Shown piece after piece: positions 10,489 through 18,563 of a DNA stretch of 64,000 nt (positions are counted from its first letter, which is position 1; every line of letters begins with the position of its first letter). The notes under the pieces were generated by a model that worked only from the letters and a program-made list of their open reading frames with translations, was not told the DNA's origin and did no database searches. Position numbers and translations under genes: made by a program. Source of the stretch: an uncultured bacterium (GTDB taxonomy: Bacteria > Krumholzibacteriota > Krumholzibacteriia > LZORAL124-64-63); NCBI GenBank assembly GCA_963772145.1, contig CAVYVY010000007.1, positions 26,942-90,941 on the forward strand. The letters run 5' to 3'.

Positions 10489-10896
10489 TCAGACGGCCGC
10501 CTTCTCCTGCAGGTAGGTCGCGTACTTGCGGTCCACCTGCATGATGTGGCCGGTGAGCCACTCCTTCAGGAAGGCCGAAAGCGTCACCGTGAGCGCCAGC
10601 TTGCCGGTGCTGGCCTTCTCGCTGAAGTCCTGGATCTTCCGCGTGAACTGCTCGTGCTGCTGCTTGTGGGCCGCCAGCTCGGGGTAGGCGTGCTTCGCCA
10701 GCAGGCGCTCCTCGGCCGCGAAATGGGTGCGGGTGTAGCTGACCAGCTCGGTCAGCACCCTGCCCTGCACTTCCGCTCCCTTGCCGCTCTTCATGGCCTC
10801 ATGGAGCTCATCCACCAGCGCGAAGAGCCTCTGGTGCTGGCTGTCGATCATGTCGATCCCCAGCTTGTAGGAACTGTTCCAGCTCGTGGTCGCCAT
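10489..10896 (-). CDS. Bacteriohemerythrin
   Basis: ORF 10489..10896; W..SYKLGIDMIDSQHQRLF, HFAAEE, H..QH and WL..HI..VD, which are the hemerythrin His/Glu/Asp iron ligand pattern. Confidence 0.85.
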   Translation of the reverse strand: MATTSWNSSYKLGIDMIDSQHQRLFALVDELHEAMKSGKGAEVQGRVLTELVSYTRTHFAAEERLLAKHAYPELAAHKQQHEQFTRKIQDFSEKASTGKLALTVTLSAFLKEWLTGHIMQVDRKYATYLQEKAAV

Positions 10897-11090
10897 TGGT
10901 CCGCCTCTCGAAAAGACTGTCCACCCCGAAACCGGACGGCGTCATCGACGCCCTCGCGAGAACCCTGCCCATCACCCCGGGGCGCAGGAGCGCCATCGGG
11001 GTGAGAGTGATTAGCAAAGGGCGCGCCGAATATGTCCCACTAACTGCCTGTGAAATTGCAGGGCACGCGTCCGCGGTCGTAGTTTGCCCG

Positions 11091-11100
11091 CCCCCCCCCC
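11091..11100. repeat. C10 homopolymer (CCCG+C10) in the hemerythrin / pilX-1 intergenic region
   Basis: Read directly: tgcccgcccccccccctccag, about 225 bp upstream of the pilX-like start at 11325. Confidence 0.9.
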
Positions 11101-11324
11101 TCCAGAACGCCCCCGGGGCGCCATCCAGGGTGTCTCCGGTGTCACCGCAGCCTCAAAAGTCGCGGCACGCGCCTTGCTCAATCCGAGGCAACCTCGTCAG
11201 GATCCTTGCTGTTGATCACCTCCTCGCCCGTGATCGCCGGTCGGATCGCCGACCGGCACAAGTCGCGCATTGCTGTTTCCGGGGCCAGGGGATCCCGCTC
11301 CCTCCGGAACGGCTGGAGGTCTTT

Positions 11325-11792
11325 ATGCCACAGGCGCCTCGTCCCCTGCCGGCGGCAGGCCGCCGGGAAGGTTTTGCCCTCGTCTCCGCCCTGTTGATCA
11401 TTCTGGTCCTGACCATCATCGGCCTGGGGGCCGGGCTGCTCGCCAAGAACGAGAAGCGCTGCACCTTCGCGGAATGCGTCCACGCGCGCGCCCTCTGCTC
11501 CGCCGACGCCGGCGGGGAGAGCGCGATCAACTTCCTGCGGCTGTCCGAGGACCCGCCGCTGATGGTTGACACCGAGACCCAGGTCGTCAACACCGTGGCC
11601 CTGACCGCCCTCGAGGGCAGCCAGCAGTACGCCTACACCTGCCGGTACATCGGGCAGCGGCCCAAGCCGGGCTGGGGAATCGAGTATCTCGATTACGATT
11701 ACGCCGTGGACGCCAGCGGCGCGTCGTCGCGCCAGGGGCGCAGCGATGTGGCGCTCGTGATCAGCCGACTGTTCTACCAGGAGGGGTACTGA
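11325..11792 (+). CDS. pilX: PilX-like type IV pilus minor pilin (copy 1)
   Basis: ATG 11325 preceded by GGAGG. N-terminus REGFALVSALLIILVLTIIGLG resembles the PilX_N hydrophobic segment. About 55% identical by eye to the 29888..30346 product. Confidence 0.7.
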   Translation: MPQAPRPLPAAGRREGFALVSALLIILVLTIIGLGAGLLAKNEKRCTFAECVHARALCSADAGGESAINFLRLSEDPPLMVDTETQVVNTVALTALEGSQQYAYTCRYIGQRPKPGWGIEYLDYDYAVDASGASSRQGRSDVALVISRLFYQEGY

Positions 11793-11866
11793 AACCGGGT
11801 CGTCGCGACGTGGAATCGGCCGCCTCCGGGCGCCGTTCGTTCGCGCCGGGCCGGAAGGAGTGGGGG

Positions 11867-14692
11867 ATGACGAGGAGGGAGAGTCCGATGGCCGAGAACC
11901 TGACGGTGCGCGCGATGGTCGTCGCGCTGTTTATCGCGGCCGCGATCGCCGCGCCCATGCCGGTGACCGCCCAGGAGTGCCAGGTGCCGACGTTCGTGAA
12001 GCAGACGAACCTGCCGCCGAACGTGATGATCCTGTTCGACAACTCGGAATCGATGAACGAGCCGGTCTTCCACGACGATTACGATCCGAACCACGCCTAC
12101 GCGGGGCGCTTCAACGAGCTCAACGCCTACTACGTCGCGACCGCGGGGACGTACACGCCCAAGAGCTTCAGCAACGCCTGGCCGGCCACCCCCTCCGCCT
12201 GGCTCATCAACTCCGTGCAGGGGCAGCCCGGCCGCTACAGCGGCAACTACCTGAACTGGATCTTCTTCAACGCCACCGCCGCGCAGCGCCTCGCGCTGCC
12301 GCGCATCACGCGCGTGCAGGTGGCCAAGTCGGTCGTGGCGAACGTCGTGCTGAACCAGACCAACGTCCGCTTCGGGCTGTCCCGCTTCAACTATGACGAG
12401 GACGATCCCGGCGGCCAGATCATCGCCGAGTGCGGCAGCGACGTCGCCACGATCCTGACCGCCCTCGAGAGCATCGCCTGCTTCACGAACACGCCGATCG
12501 CCGAGACCATGGAGGACATCCTCGACTACTACTCGCGCACCGACGCCGACGCGCCGATCCAGGCCGAGTGCCAGTACAACTTCCTCATCGACCTGACCGA
12601 CGGCTTCCCCACCCACGACCTCGACGTGAGCCAGTACCTGTGGGACGCCGACGGCGACGGCGCCGACCCGGGCAGCTGCGAATCGCTCGGTGCGCCGTCG
12701 TGGAACGCGCTCTACTTCGCCTGCAGCGACCACATGGACGACGTGGCCTACTGGATGCGCCACACCGATTTGCGCCCCGACATGGGCGACGTCGGCGAGT
12801 CGGGGCTCGAGGGGCAGAATGTCATCACCTACGTCATCGGCTACGGCCTCGACATCGATATCCTGGGGCAGACCGCCGACAACGGCGACGGGCTCTACTT
12901 CCTGGCCGAGAACGCCACCCAGCTCTGGATGAGCATGGAGCGGGTCATGCTCGACATCATCGAGCGGATATCGGCCGGCGCTGCGGTGGCCGTGGTGTCG
13001 AGCGAGCGCAGCGACGAGGACTATCTCTTCCGCGCCAAGTTCCTGCCGGTGAAGTGGACCGGCTATCTCGAGAAGTTCAGCATGCCGATCTCCCCCTCCA
13101 GCGATCCTGTCTGGGAGGCGGGGCGGCTTCTGGCGGATCGTGACCCCGACACCCGCGTCATCACCACGGCCGTGAGCGGAGCGGTCATCCCGTTCAATGA
13201 CACGCAGGCGACCACTCTCTTCCCCGCGCTCGGATCGGCCAGCGTCGCCGAGGCGGCCGCCGTGATCAACTGGACCCGCGGGGAGGGCGTGACCGGACTG
13301 CGCGACCGCGAGGGGCTGGTCCTGGGCGACATCATCCACGCCGCGCCGGTGGTGGTCGGACCGCCGCGACGCTTCCTCGTGGATGAAGATTTCCAGGCCT
13401 ATCTCGCCGCCACGCGCGACCGCACGCGAATGGTCTACGTGGCCGCGAACGACGGCATGCTGCACGGGTTCAACGCCGAAACCGGCGAAGAGGCGTGGGC
13501 CTTCATTCCCACCTTCGCCCTGCCCAAACTGCCCGTCATCGCCGACGTGGACTACTGCCACACCTACAGCTGCGACCTGTCGCCGACCGTGGTCGACGCC
13601 GAACTCGACAGCGGCTGGCGCACCGTCCTGATCGGCGGCGGCCGCCAGGGCGGGCACGAGTACTTTGCACTCGACGTAACCGACCCCGCCACGCCATCGC
13701 TGCTCTGGCAGACCTCCCTGCCTGACGGCGTGAGCTTCGCTTCCGATCCGCTCTACGCGCGCATCGACGGCGAACCGCTGGTGCTCGTCGGCTCCGGTCT
13801 CGACGAGACCACCGGCCGCGGCTACCTGCACGCCATAAATTTGCAGACCGGCGCCGTCGAGGGTTCCGTGCTCCTGTCGGAGCAGGCCGGCGAGTGGAAC
13901 AAGATCACCGCGCCGCAGGCGGCCGACTCCGATTTCGACGGTGACGCGGATGTCGTCTACTGCGGCGACCTGTTCGGCAACCTCTGGCGGCTCGTGCCGG
14001 GCGACGACCCCGACCCGGCGACCTGGGACCGCACCGTGCTGTTTACCAGTCCTCGCCCCATCACGGTCCAGCCGGCAGTGGCCTTCGGCGAAGACGGCTA
14101 CCTGAGCCTCTGCTTCGGCACCGGCCTCTATCTCGATGACCAGGACATCTTCGACCTCGATCAGCACAGTTTCTACTGCGTGCGCGACGCGCGCAACGGC
14201 GCCACGCTCACGCGCGTCAACCTCGAGGACCGCTCCGCCGGCACCGACACGGCGCCGACATCCAACGGCTGGTACGTGGACCTCTGGCACGTTTCCGGCG
14301 AACGGGTGACGGAGCGCGCGGTAATCTTGGCCGGAGCGGTGTACTTCACCTCCTTCTGCCCCGCCAACGTGCCGTGCACCTACGGTGGCCAGTCCTGGCT
14401 CTACCGCCTCGACCTGCTCGACGGCGGCGCCCCCGAAAACGAAGACGGTGAAGCTCTCGACCGGGACGAGGACCTCGGCGAGGGCATCGCCTCGCGTCCG
14501 GTCGTCGACCTGGCCAACGAACAGCTCATCGTCCAGTCGAGCGACGCCACCATCACCACCGCCGCCATGGGCGTCCCGCTCAGCCGCATCACCGTGCGCT
14601 CGTGGCGGGAGAGCTTCGACGGCGCCTCCGGCACGGACGCGGAGGAGGACGGCGAAGAGGATGACGACGAGGAGGATGACGACAATGACTAG
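11867..14692 (+). CDS. pilY1: PilY1/PilC-like pilus tip adhesin with N-terminal VWA domain (copy 1), intact
   Basis: ATG 11867 after GGAAGGAG. Signal peptide present. MIDAS-like VMILFDNSESMNE plus LTDGFPT. C-terminal propeller with a PilY1-type Ca site DSDFDGDADVVYCGDLFGNLWRL. Acidic tail EEDGEEDDDEEDDDND. Confidence 0.8.
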   Translation: MTRRESPMAENLTVRAMVVALFIAAAIAAPMPVTAQECQVPTFVKQTNLPPNVMILFDNSESMNEPVFHDDYDPNHAYAGRFNELNAYYVATAGTYTPKSFSNAWPATPSAWLINSVQGQPGRYSGNYLNWIFFNATAAQRLALPRITRVQVAKSVVANVVLNQTNVRFGLSRFNYDEDDPGGQIIAECGSDVATILTALESIACFTNTPIAETMEDILDYYSRTDADAPIQAECQYNFLIDLTDGFPTHDLDVSQYLWDADGDGADPGSCESLGAPSWNALYFACSDHMDDVAYWMRHTDLRPDMGDVGESGLEGQNVITYVIGYGLDIDILGQTADNGDGLYFLAENATQLWMSMERVMLDIIERISAGAAVAVVSSERSDEDYLFRAKFLPVKWTGYLEKFSMPISPSSDPVWEAGRLLADRDPDTRVITTAVSGAVIPFNDTQATTLFPALGSASVAEAAAVINWTRGEGVTGLRDREGLVLGDIIHAAPVVVGPPRRFLVDEDFQAYLAATRDRTRMVYVAANDGMLHGFNAETGEEAWAFIPTFALPKLPVIADVDYCHTYSCDLSPTVVDAELDSGWRTVLIGGGRQGGHEYFALDVTDPATPSLLWQTSLPDGVSFASDPLYARIDGEPLVLVGSGLDETTGRGYLHAINLQTGAVEGSVLLSEQAGEWNKITAPQAADSDFDGDADVVYCGDLFGNLWRLVPGDDPDPATWDRTVLFTSPRPITVQPAVAFGEDGYLSLCFGTGLYLDDQDIFDLDQHSFYCVRDARNGATLTRVNLEDRSAGTDTAPTSNGWYVDLWHVSGERVTERAVILAGAVYFTSFCPANVPCTYGGQSWLYRLDLLDGGAPENEDGEALDRDEDLGEGIASRPVVDLANEQLIVQSSDATITTAAMGVPLSRITVRSWRESFDGASGTDAEEDGEEDDDEEDDDND

Positions 14693-14741
14693 AACCTGGA
14701 CCCGCAACGCCGCGCACCGCGCGCGTCATGCAGGAGGCAAT

Positions 14742-15233
14742 ATGAAACGACTCGGGGAATGGCCGTGCCGCCGGTGGCCGAGCCTGCGGATGTCGACGGG
14801 CCTGCTGATCGCTCTGCTGACGCTGCTGGTCGGCCTGCCCGTGGGGGCACATGCCGGGCAGAAGTCGAAGGCGCCCCGCGTGAAACGTGGAGCCGAGAAG
14901 GCGATGCCGCTGCGACATGCCCCGCAAATGGAGTTCCTCACCGGGACGCTCTCGCGCGACACCGCCGGCTGGAGCCTCGACAGCCGCCGTCTGCTGTTCC
15001 GAAAAGGCTTTCAGGTGGTCGGAGCGGGCGAGAACGGCCACCCGGGCGGGCCGGTCGCCGGACAGCGCGTGCTGCTGAGCGGCATCCGGACCGCGCGGGG
15101 CTTCCAGGCCCAGTCCGGCGTGGCGCTCCGGCCGGCGCCACCGGACGCCCCGCGGGGCGAGGGGGCGCGCACCGTCATCTGGAGTGAAGTCGATCCGAAT
15201 GTCGGCGTCGGCGGTGGGCCGGGCCGCTCCTGA
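14742..15233 (+). CDS. Small secreted protein conserved downstream of both PilY1-like genes (copy 1)
   Basis: ATG 14742 after GGAGG. Hydrophobic signal LLIALLTLLVGLPVGAHA. Shares SR..G.WSLD.R..F, G.R.VL..G..F.A.SG and V.WSE.DPNVG blocks with the reconstructed 26486..26964 product. No prepilin N-terminus. Confidence 0.55.
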   Translation: MKRLGEWPCRRWPSLRMSTGLLIALLTLLVGLPVGAHAGQKSKAPRVKRGAEKAMPLRHAPQMEFLTGTLSRDTAGWSLDSRRLLFRKGFQVVGAGENGHPGGPVAGQRVLLSGIRTARGFQAQSGVALRPAPPDAPRGEGARTVIWSEVDPNVGVGGGPGRS

Positions 15234-15272
15234 GCGTCTTCCCGAGGGACCTCACGCACACGCGCCGGGCGA

Positions 15273-15825
15273 TCAACGCCCGGCGCGTGCGTTTCTTCCG
15301 GCGCGCGGCGCGGGAAGCGCTGACGGACGCACCGCGACCCAGCGCCAGAACTCGCGTCCCCTGCGGATCGATCCCCTGCTCGGCGAACGTGAACCCGCTC
15401 TTCTCCAGCAGGTGCGTCGTGGCATCCCGCTCGGGCCGCGTGCAGGCGACGACCTGGCGCACGGCCGGATCCGTCCAGGCCAGGCCGAGCAGCGACTCGG
15501 TCATGGCGGTGGCATAACCCTTCCCCTGGCGGCTCGGCAGGGTCAGGCAGACGATCTCGACCTCTCCGCGCGCGTTCGGCGCCCCCTTGAAGCCGCACGC
15601 CCCCACGACATTCCGGCTCGTCGCATCCAGGGTCAGGTATCCCCACCAGCGGGGCGTGACCTGTCCCTGCGCCAGCGGCTCGCGGGTGGCGCCGGCGATC
15701 GTGCGGAGCATCTGACGCTCGCACCCGAGCGTGGCGCCGTGCCGCTCCACAAGCGGTTCCGGCTCCGCGGACAGCAGCAGATCACAGGTCTCGAGGTCGA
15801 GGCTGATCAGGCTCACGTTCGCCAC
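15273..15825 (-). CDS. GNAT family N-acetyltransferase, one frame break near 15355
   Basis: Within ORF 15175..15993: LETCDLLLS.., GACGFKG..EVEIVCLTLPSRQGKGYATAMTE, THLLEKSGFTFAEQGIDP. The expected EFWRWV ending is in the next frame and stops at 15273-15275. The GTG start at 15825 is a guess. Confidence 0.6.
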
Positions 15826-16081
15826 GCGTCGGTACCCCTCGCGCAAATGACAGCCTCGCGCCGTACGCGCGGAGAGCCGCATCCGGACTCTGCGGGCTCG
15901 CAACAGTCCCGGGCGAGAGGGATCAGGCGAATTTCCGGCATCGGATCCGAGGCTCGAAGCCGGATGATCGTAGCCGTGGCGCGCGTCAACCACCAGCGGA
16001 ATCGGCGACGCCGCGGGCGGACGCGGAAACGGGGCTTATCTTGTCGGCAGCCAACAGCCCTCGCCGATCCGGAGGCGCGAC

Positions 16082-16713
16082 ATGCACAGGCCGGGAATCG
16101 CAGCGCTCGCCGCCCTGGCGCTGGTGACGACATTCATCACGGAAGAGGGCCGCACCATGGACCCCCCGCAGGATCACAGGAGCGAAACCGCCGTGCTCGG
16201 CGCCGGCTGCTTCTGGTGCGTGGAGGCGATATTCCTGCGCCTCGACGGCGTGATCTCGGTCCTGCCGGGCTACGCCGGCGGGCACATCACCAATCCCGAC
16301 CTACAGGCAGGTCTGCACCGGCGAGACCGGCCACGCCGAGGTGGCGCGCATCGAGTTCGACCCCGCCCGCGTCTCGTTCGCGCAGATCCTCGACACCTTC
16401 TGGCGCAGCCACGACCCGACCACGCTCAACCGCCAGGGCGCCGACAGCGGCACGCAGTACCGCTCGGCCATCTTCTGCGCCGACGACGCCCAGAAGCGGG
16501 CCGCCGAAGTTGTCGCGCGCGTCGGCGCAGACCGCGTTCGACCAGCCGATCGTCACCGAGATCGCCCTGTTGGCGAAGTTCTATCCGGCCGAGGACTACC
16601 ACCGGCAGTACTACGAACGGAACAAGAACGCGGGGTACTGCCAGTACGTGATCGCCCCGAAGCTGAAGAAGCTCGGACTGGCGGACAAGGTGCCGGTGAC
16701 GGGGCGTAAGTGA
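16082..16713 (+). CDS. msrA: Peptide-methionine (S)-S-oxide reductase with N-terminal signal-like segment, frame-disrupted
   Basis: [20 protein letters not shown] (ORF 16082), then [44 protein letters not shown] (ORF 16341), then [29 protein letters not shown] (end of ORF 15184..16713). Two frame breaks. Confidence 0.85.
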
Positions 16714-16892
16714 GCGAAGCGGAAAGACGACGCGTCCCGCCCTCAACCGGGCACATCGGCTCCGCACCGTGTTGAAGAACCACAGCCCCCCGGGGTCCCG
16801 CCACTCGAGCATCGCCCGGATGGCCGCACGCCCGTGCCGCAGCTATGGGCAGCCGGACCGCCCCGGGGCTGCCGATGACGACGGCCGAACGC

Positions 16893-17255
16893 TTACCTCA
16901 GGATGAACCTTCGGCCTTCCTCATCGTTCACCTGCTTAAAAAACTCACAATCAAGACAGCTCAAAAACTTCACGGCATATATTCCCTGCACTTGTCCTTC
17001 ACATTGGGTCCCCGCAACAGTCCAGCAGAACCTGCCACCATGTTTGCCGTTATTGACACCATCACAACGCTCATTGGGCAATGCCGCCGGGCATACGCCG
17101 AGTGCCTCGGCGTTTTCGCCCCCCGGCTGCCTCCCGCACTTCTTCACTTCCCAACAGTTTTTTTCTTTCCATTTGCAGCTGCTCCCTTTCTGCATGAAGG
17201 GACATAGCGTCAGCGCTGAGCAGCGGACGGACTTCTCAAGCAGCGGCTCGCACAT
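16893..17255 (-). CDS. Cys-rich small protein resembling a two-CW domain
   Basis: NCWEVKKCGRQPGG..GVCPA and GRFCWTVAGTQCEG..SCLDCEFF give a duplicated C-W / Cys pattern. The ATG at 17255 shares one base with the amidohydrolase TGA (TGATG). Local GC is clearly lower than the flanks. Confidence 0.55.
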   Translation of the reverse strand: MCEPLLEKSVRCSALTLCPFMQKGSSCKWKEKNCWEVKKCGRQPGGENAEALGVCPAALPNERCDGVNNGKHGGRFCWTVAGTQCEGQVQGIYAVKFLSCLDCEFFKQVNDEEGRRFILR

Positions 17256-18190
17256 CACTTTGCGTCAAGCCTGAGGAACCGCATGGCGTTGTTATAGAAG
17301 ATGTCCCGCTTCTCCTCTTCTGCCAGAAAAACGGCTGATTCGATCCCTTCCACTGCCATTCCGATGGCCTCAGGCCACACCATCTGGTCTGACCCGAAGA
17401 GCAGACGCTTGCCGAACCCGGCGCGGACGAGTTCCCGCAGGTAGCTGTGGAATTCCTCCCGGGGCAGGATCCAATTGATCGTTGCAAGATCGACATAGAC
17501 CTGCGGGTACACCGACAGGATTGCCTTCGTTTCCTGAAGGTACGGCGCCCCGCCGTGCATCAGGTAGATGCGCAACCGTGGGTGGCGAATGAGCACTTCC
17601 TCAACGAGGATCGGGTTTCCGAGCGTCACTCGGAAATTCGGGCAGCATGGGTCGTACGGGATCCCCGGGGGGCCAATCCCCGTGTGGATCCCGACCGGGA
17701 TGTCCAATTCTTCGGCGAGAGCGTAGTAAGGCTCCATGCAGGGGTCGTTCGGCGCCATGCCTCGGTGCTGCAGGACCAACTCGCCCAGGACCTGCACGCG
17801 GCCCGCCTGTATCTCGGCGCGAAGTCTCGCCAGGTCAGGCAGGGGGTTCGCCCAGTCCACGTACGCTCCGGCCACGATCCTGTCCGGAGCGGCATCACGC
17901 CACTGGCCGACCGTTTCCAGTGGTCCACTGGTGACGGCCTTCACGATGTTGTAACGCTTGAGCGCCGCCAGGGATGCGTCGCGAAGTTCAGCGCTCGTTC
18001 TCGCAGCGGACGGTTGTCCGGTGACCGGGTTCACTTCGGGCGGCTTTCCGTCGTCCAGCTGGTAGGCATGAAGGTGCATGTCGATGATGGGTGGTCTGAA
18101 GCTGTCGATACCCGTCCGGGCCGCCGCTGCGGGATCCAGGAAAAGCGCAACTGCCATCAGAATGAACACCACTGTGGCCAACCTTTGCAT
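17255..18190 (-). CDS. Secreted metal-dependent amidohydrolase (TIM-barrel, COG2159-like)
   Basis: ATG 18190 after GGAGG. Signal peptide MQRLATVVFILMAVALFLDPAAA. Motifs IIDMHLHAY (HxH), IPVGIHTG, IYLMHGG, LLFGSDQ. Confidence 0.75.
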   Translation of the reverse strand: MQRLATVVFILMAVALFLDPAAAARTGIDSFRPPIIDMHLHAYQLDDGKPPEVNPVTGQPSAARTSAELRDASLAALKRYNIVKAVTSGPLETVGQWRDAAPDRIVAGAYVDWANPLPDLARLRAEIQAGRVQVLGELVLQHRGMAPNDPCMEPYYALAEELDIPVGIHTGIGPPGIPYDPCCPNFRVTLGNPILVEEVLIRHPRLRIYLMHGGAPYLQETKAILSVYPQVYVDLATINWILPREEFHSYLRELVRAGFGKRLLFGSDQMVWPEAIGMAVEGIESAVFLAEEEKRDIFYNNAMRFLRLDAK

Positions 18191-18563
18191 GAGATCCTCC
18201 TTCGAGTCCGCGCATCGGCCGCCGAACCATGAAGCAGCTGGAATTTCGTATCCCCGTCGCCCCGCCGGATATGCCGCAGGGCGACGAGGGGGGTTGCGGT
18301 AAATGGTGGATTGGGTGCCGATTGGTTTCCCTTCGACCAGGGAAGGGGAGATGATACGGTGCGGGGATGGCGGCGTAAACAGGTATGGGGCTGGCGGGCC
18401 GCCACCCGTCGATCGCCCGTCGCCGCGGGGGACGCACGTCAACCCCGTGCGACGATTTGGGTTGCCGGGCCTGCTCCCGGCCCGTAAAATCACCCGCCGG
18501 TCCATCCGACCGTGCTCCCCTGGCGCGGCGCGCCCCGCGCCCCCACGACCCGAAGGAGACCGT

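Noticed and set aside
11774-14707. Very long ORFs antisense to real genes. Examples: 977 aa at 11774..14707 (opposite PilY1 copy 1), 923 aa at 17988..20759 (opposite OPT), 812 aa at 43826..46264 (opposite recF/dnaN), 573 aa at 46358..48079 (opposite dnaA), 574 aa at 1907..3631, and 492 aa at 28358..29836.
   Set aside because: Their translations are Arg/Gly/Ala/Pro/His-rich low complexity with no motifs. The opposite strand encodes clearly recognisable proteins. Long open antisense frames are expected at this GC content.
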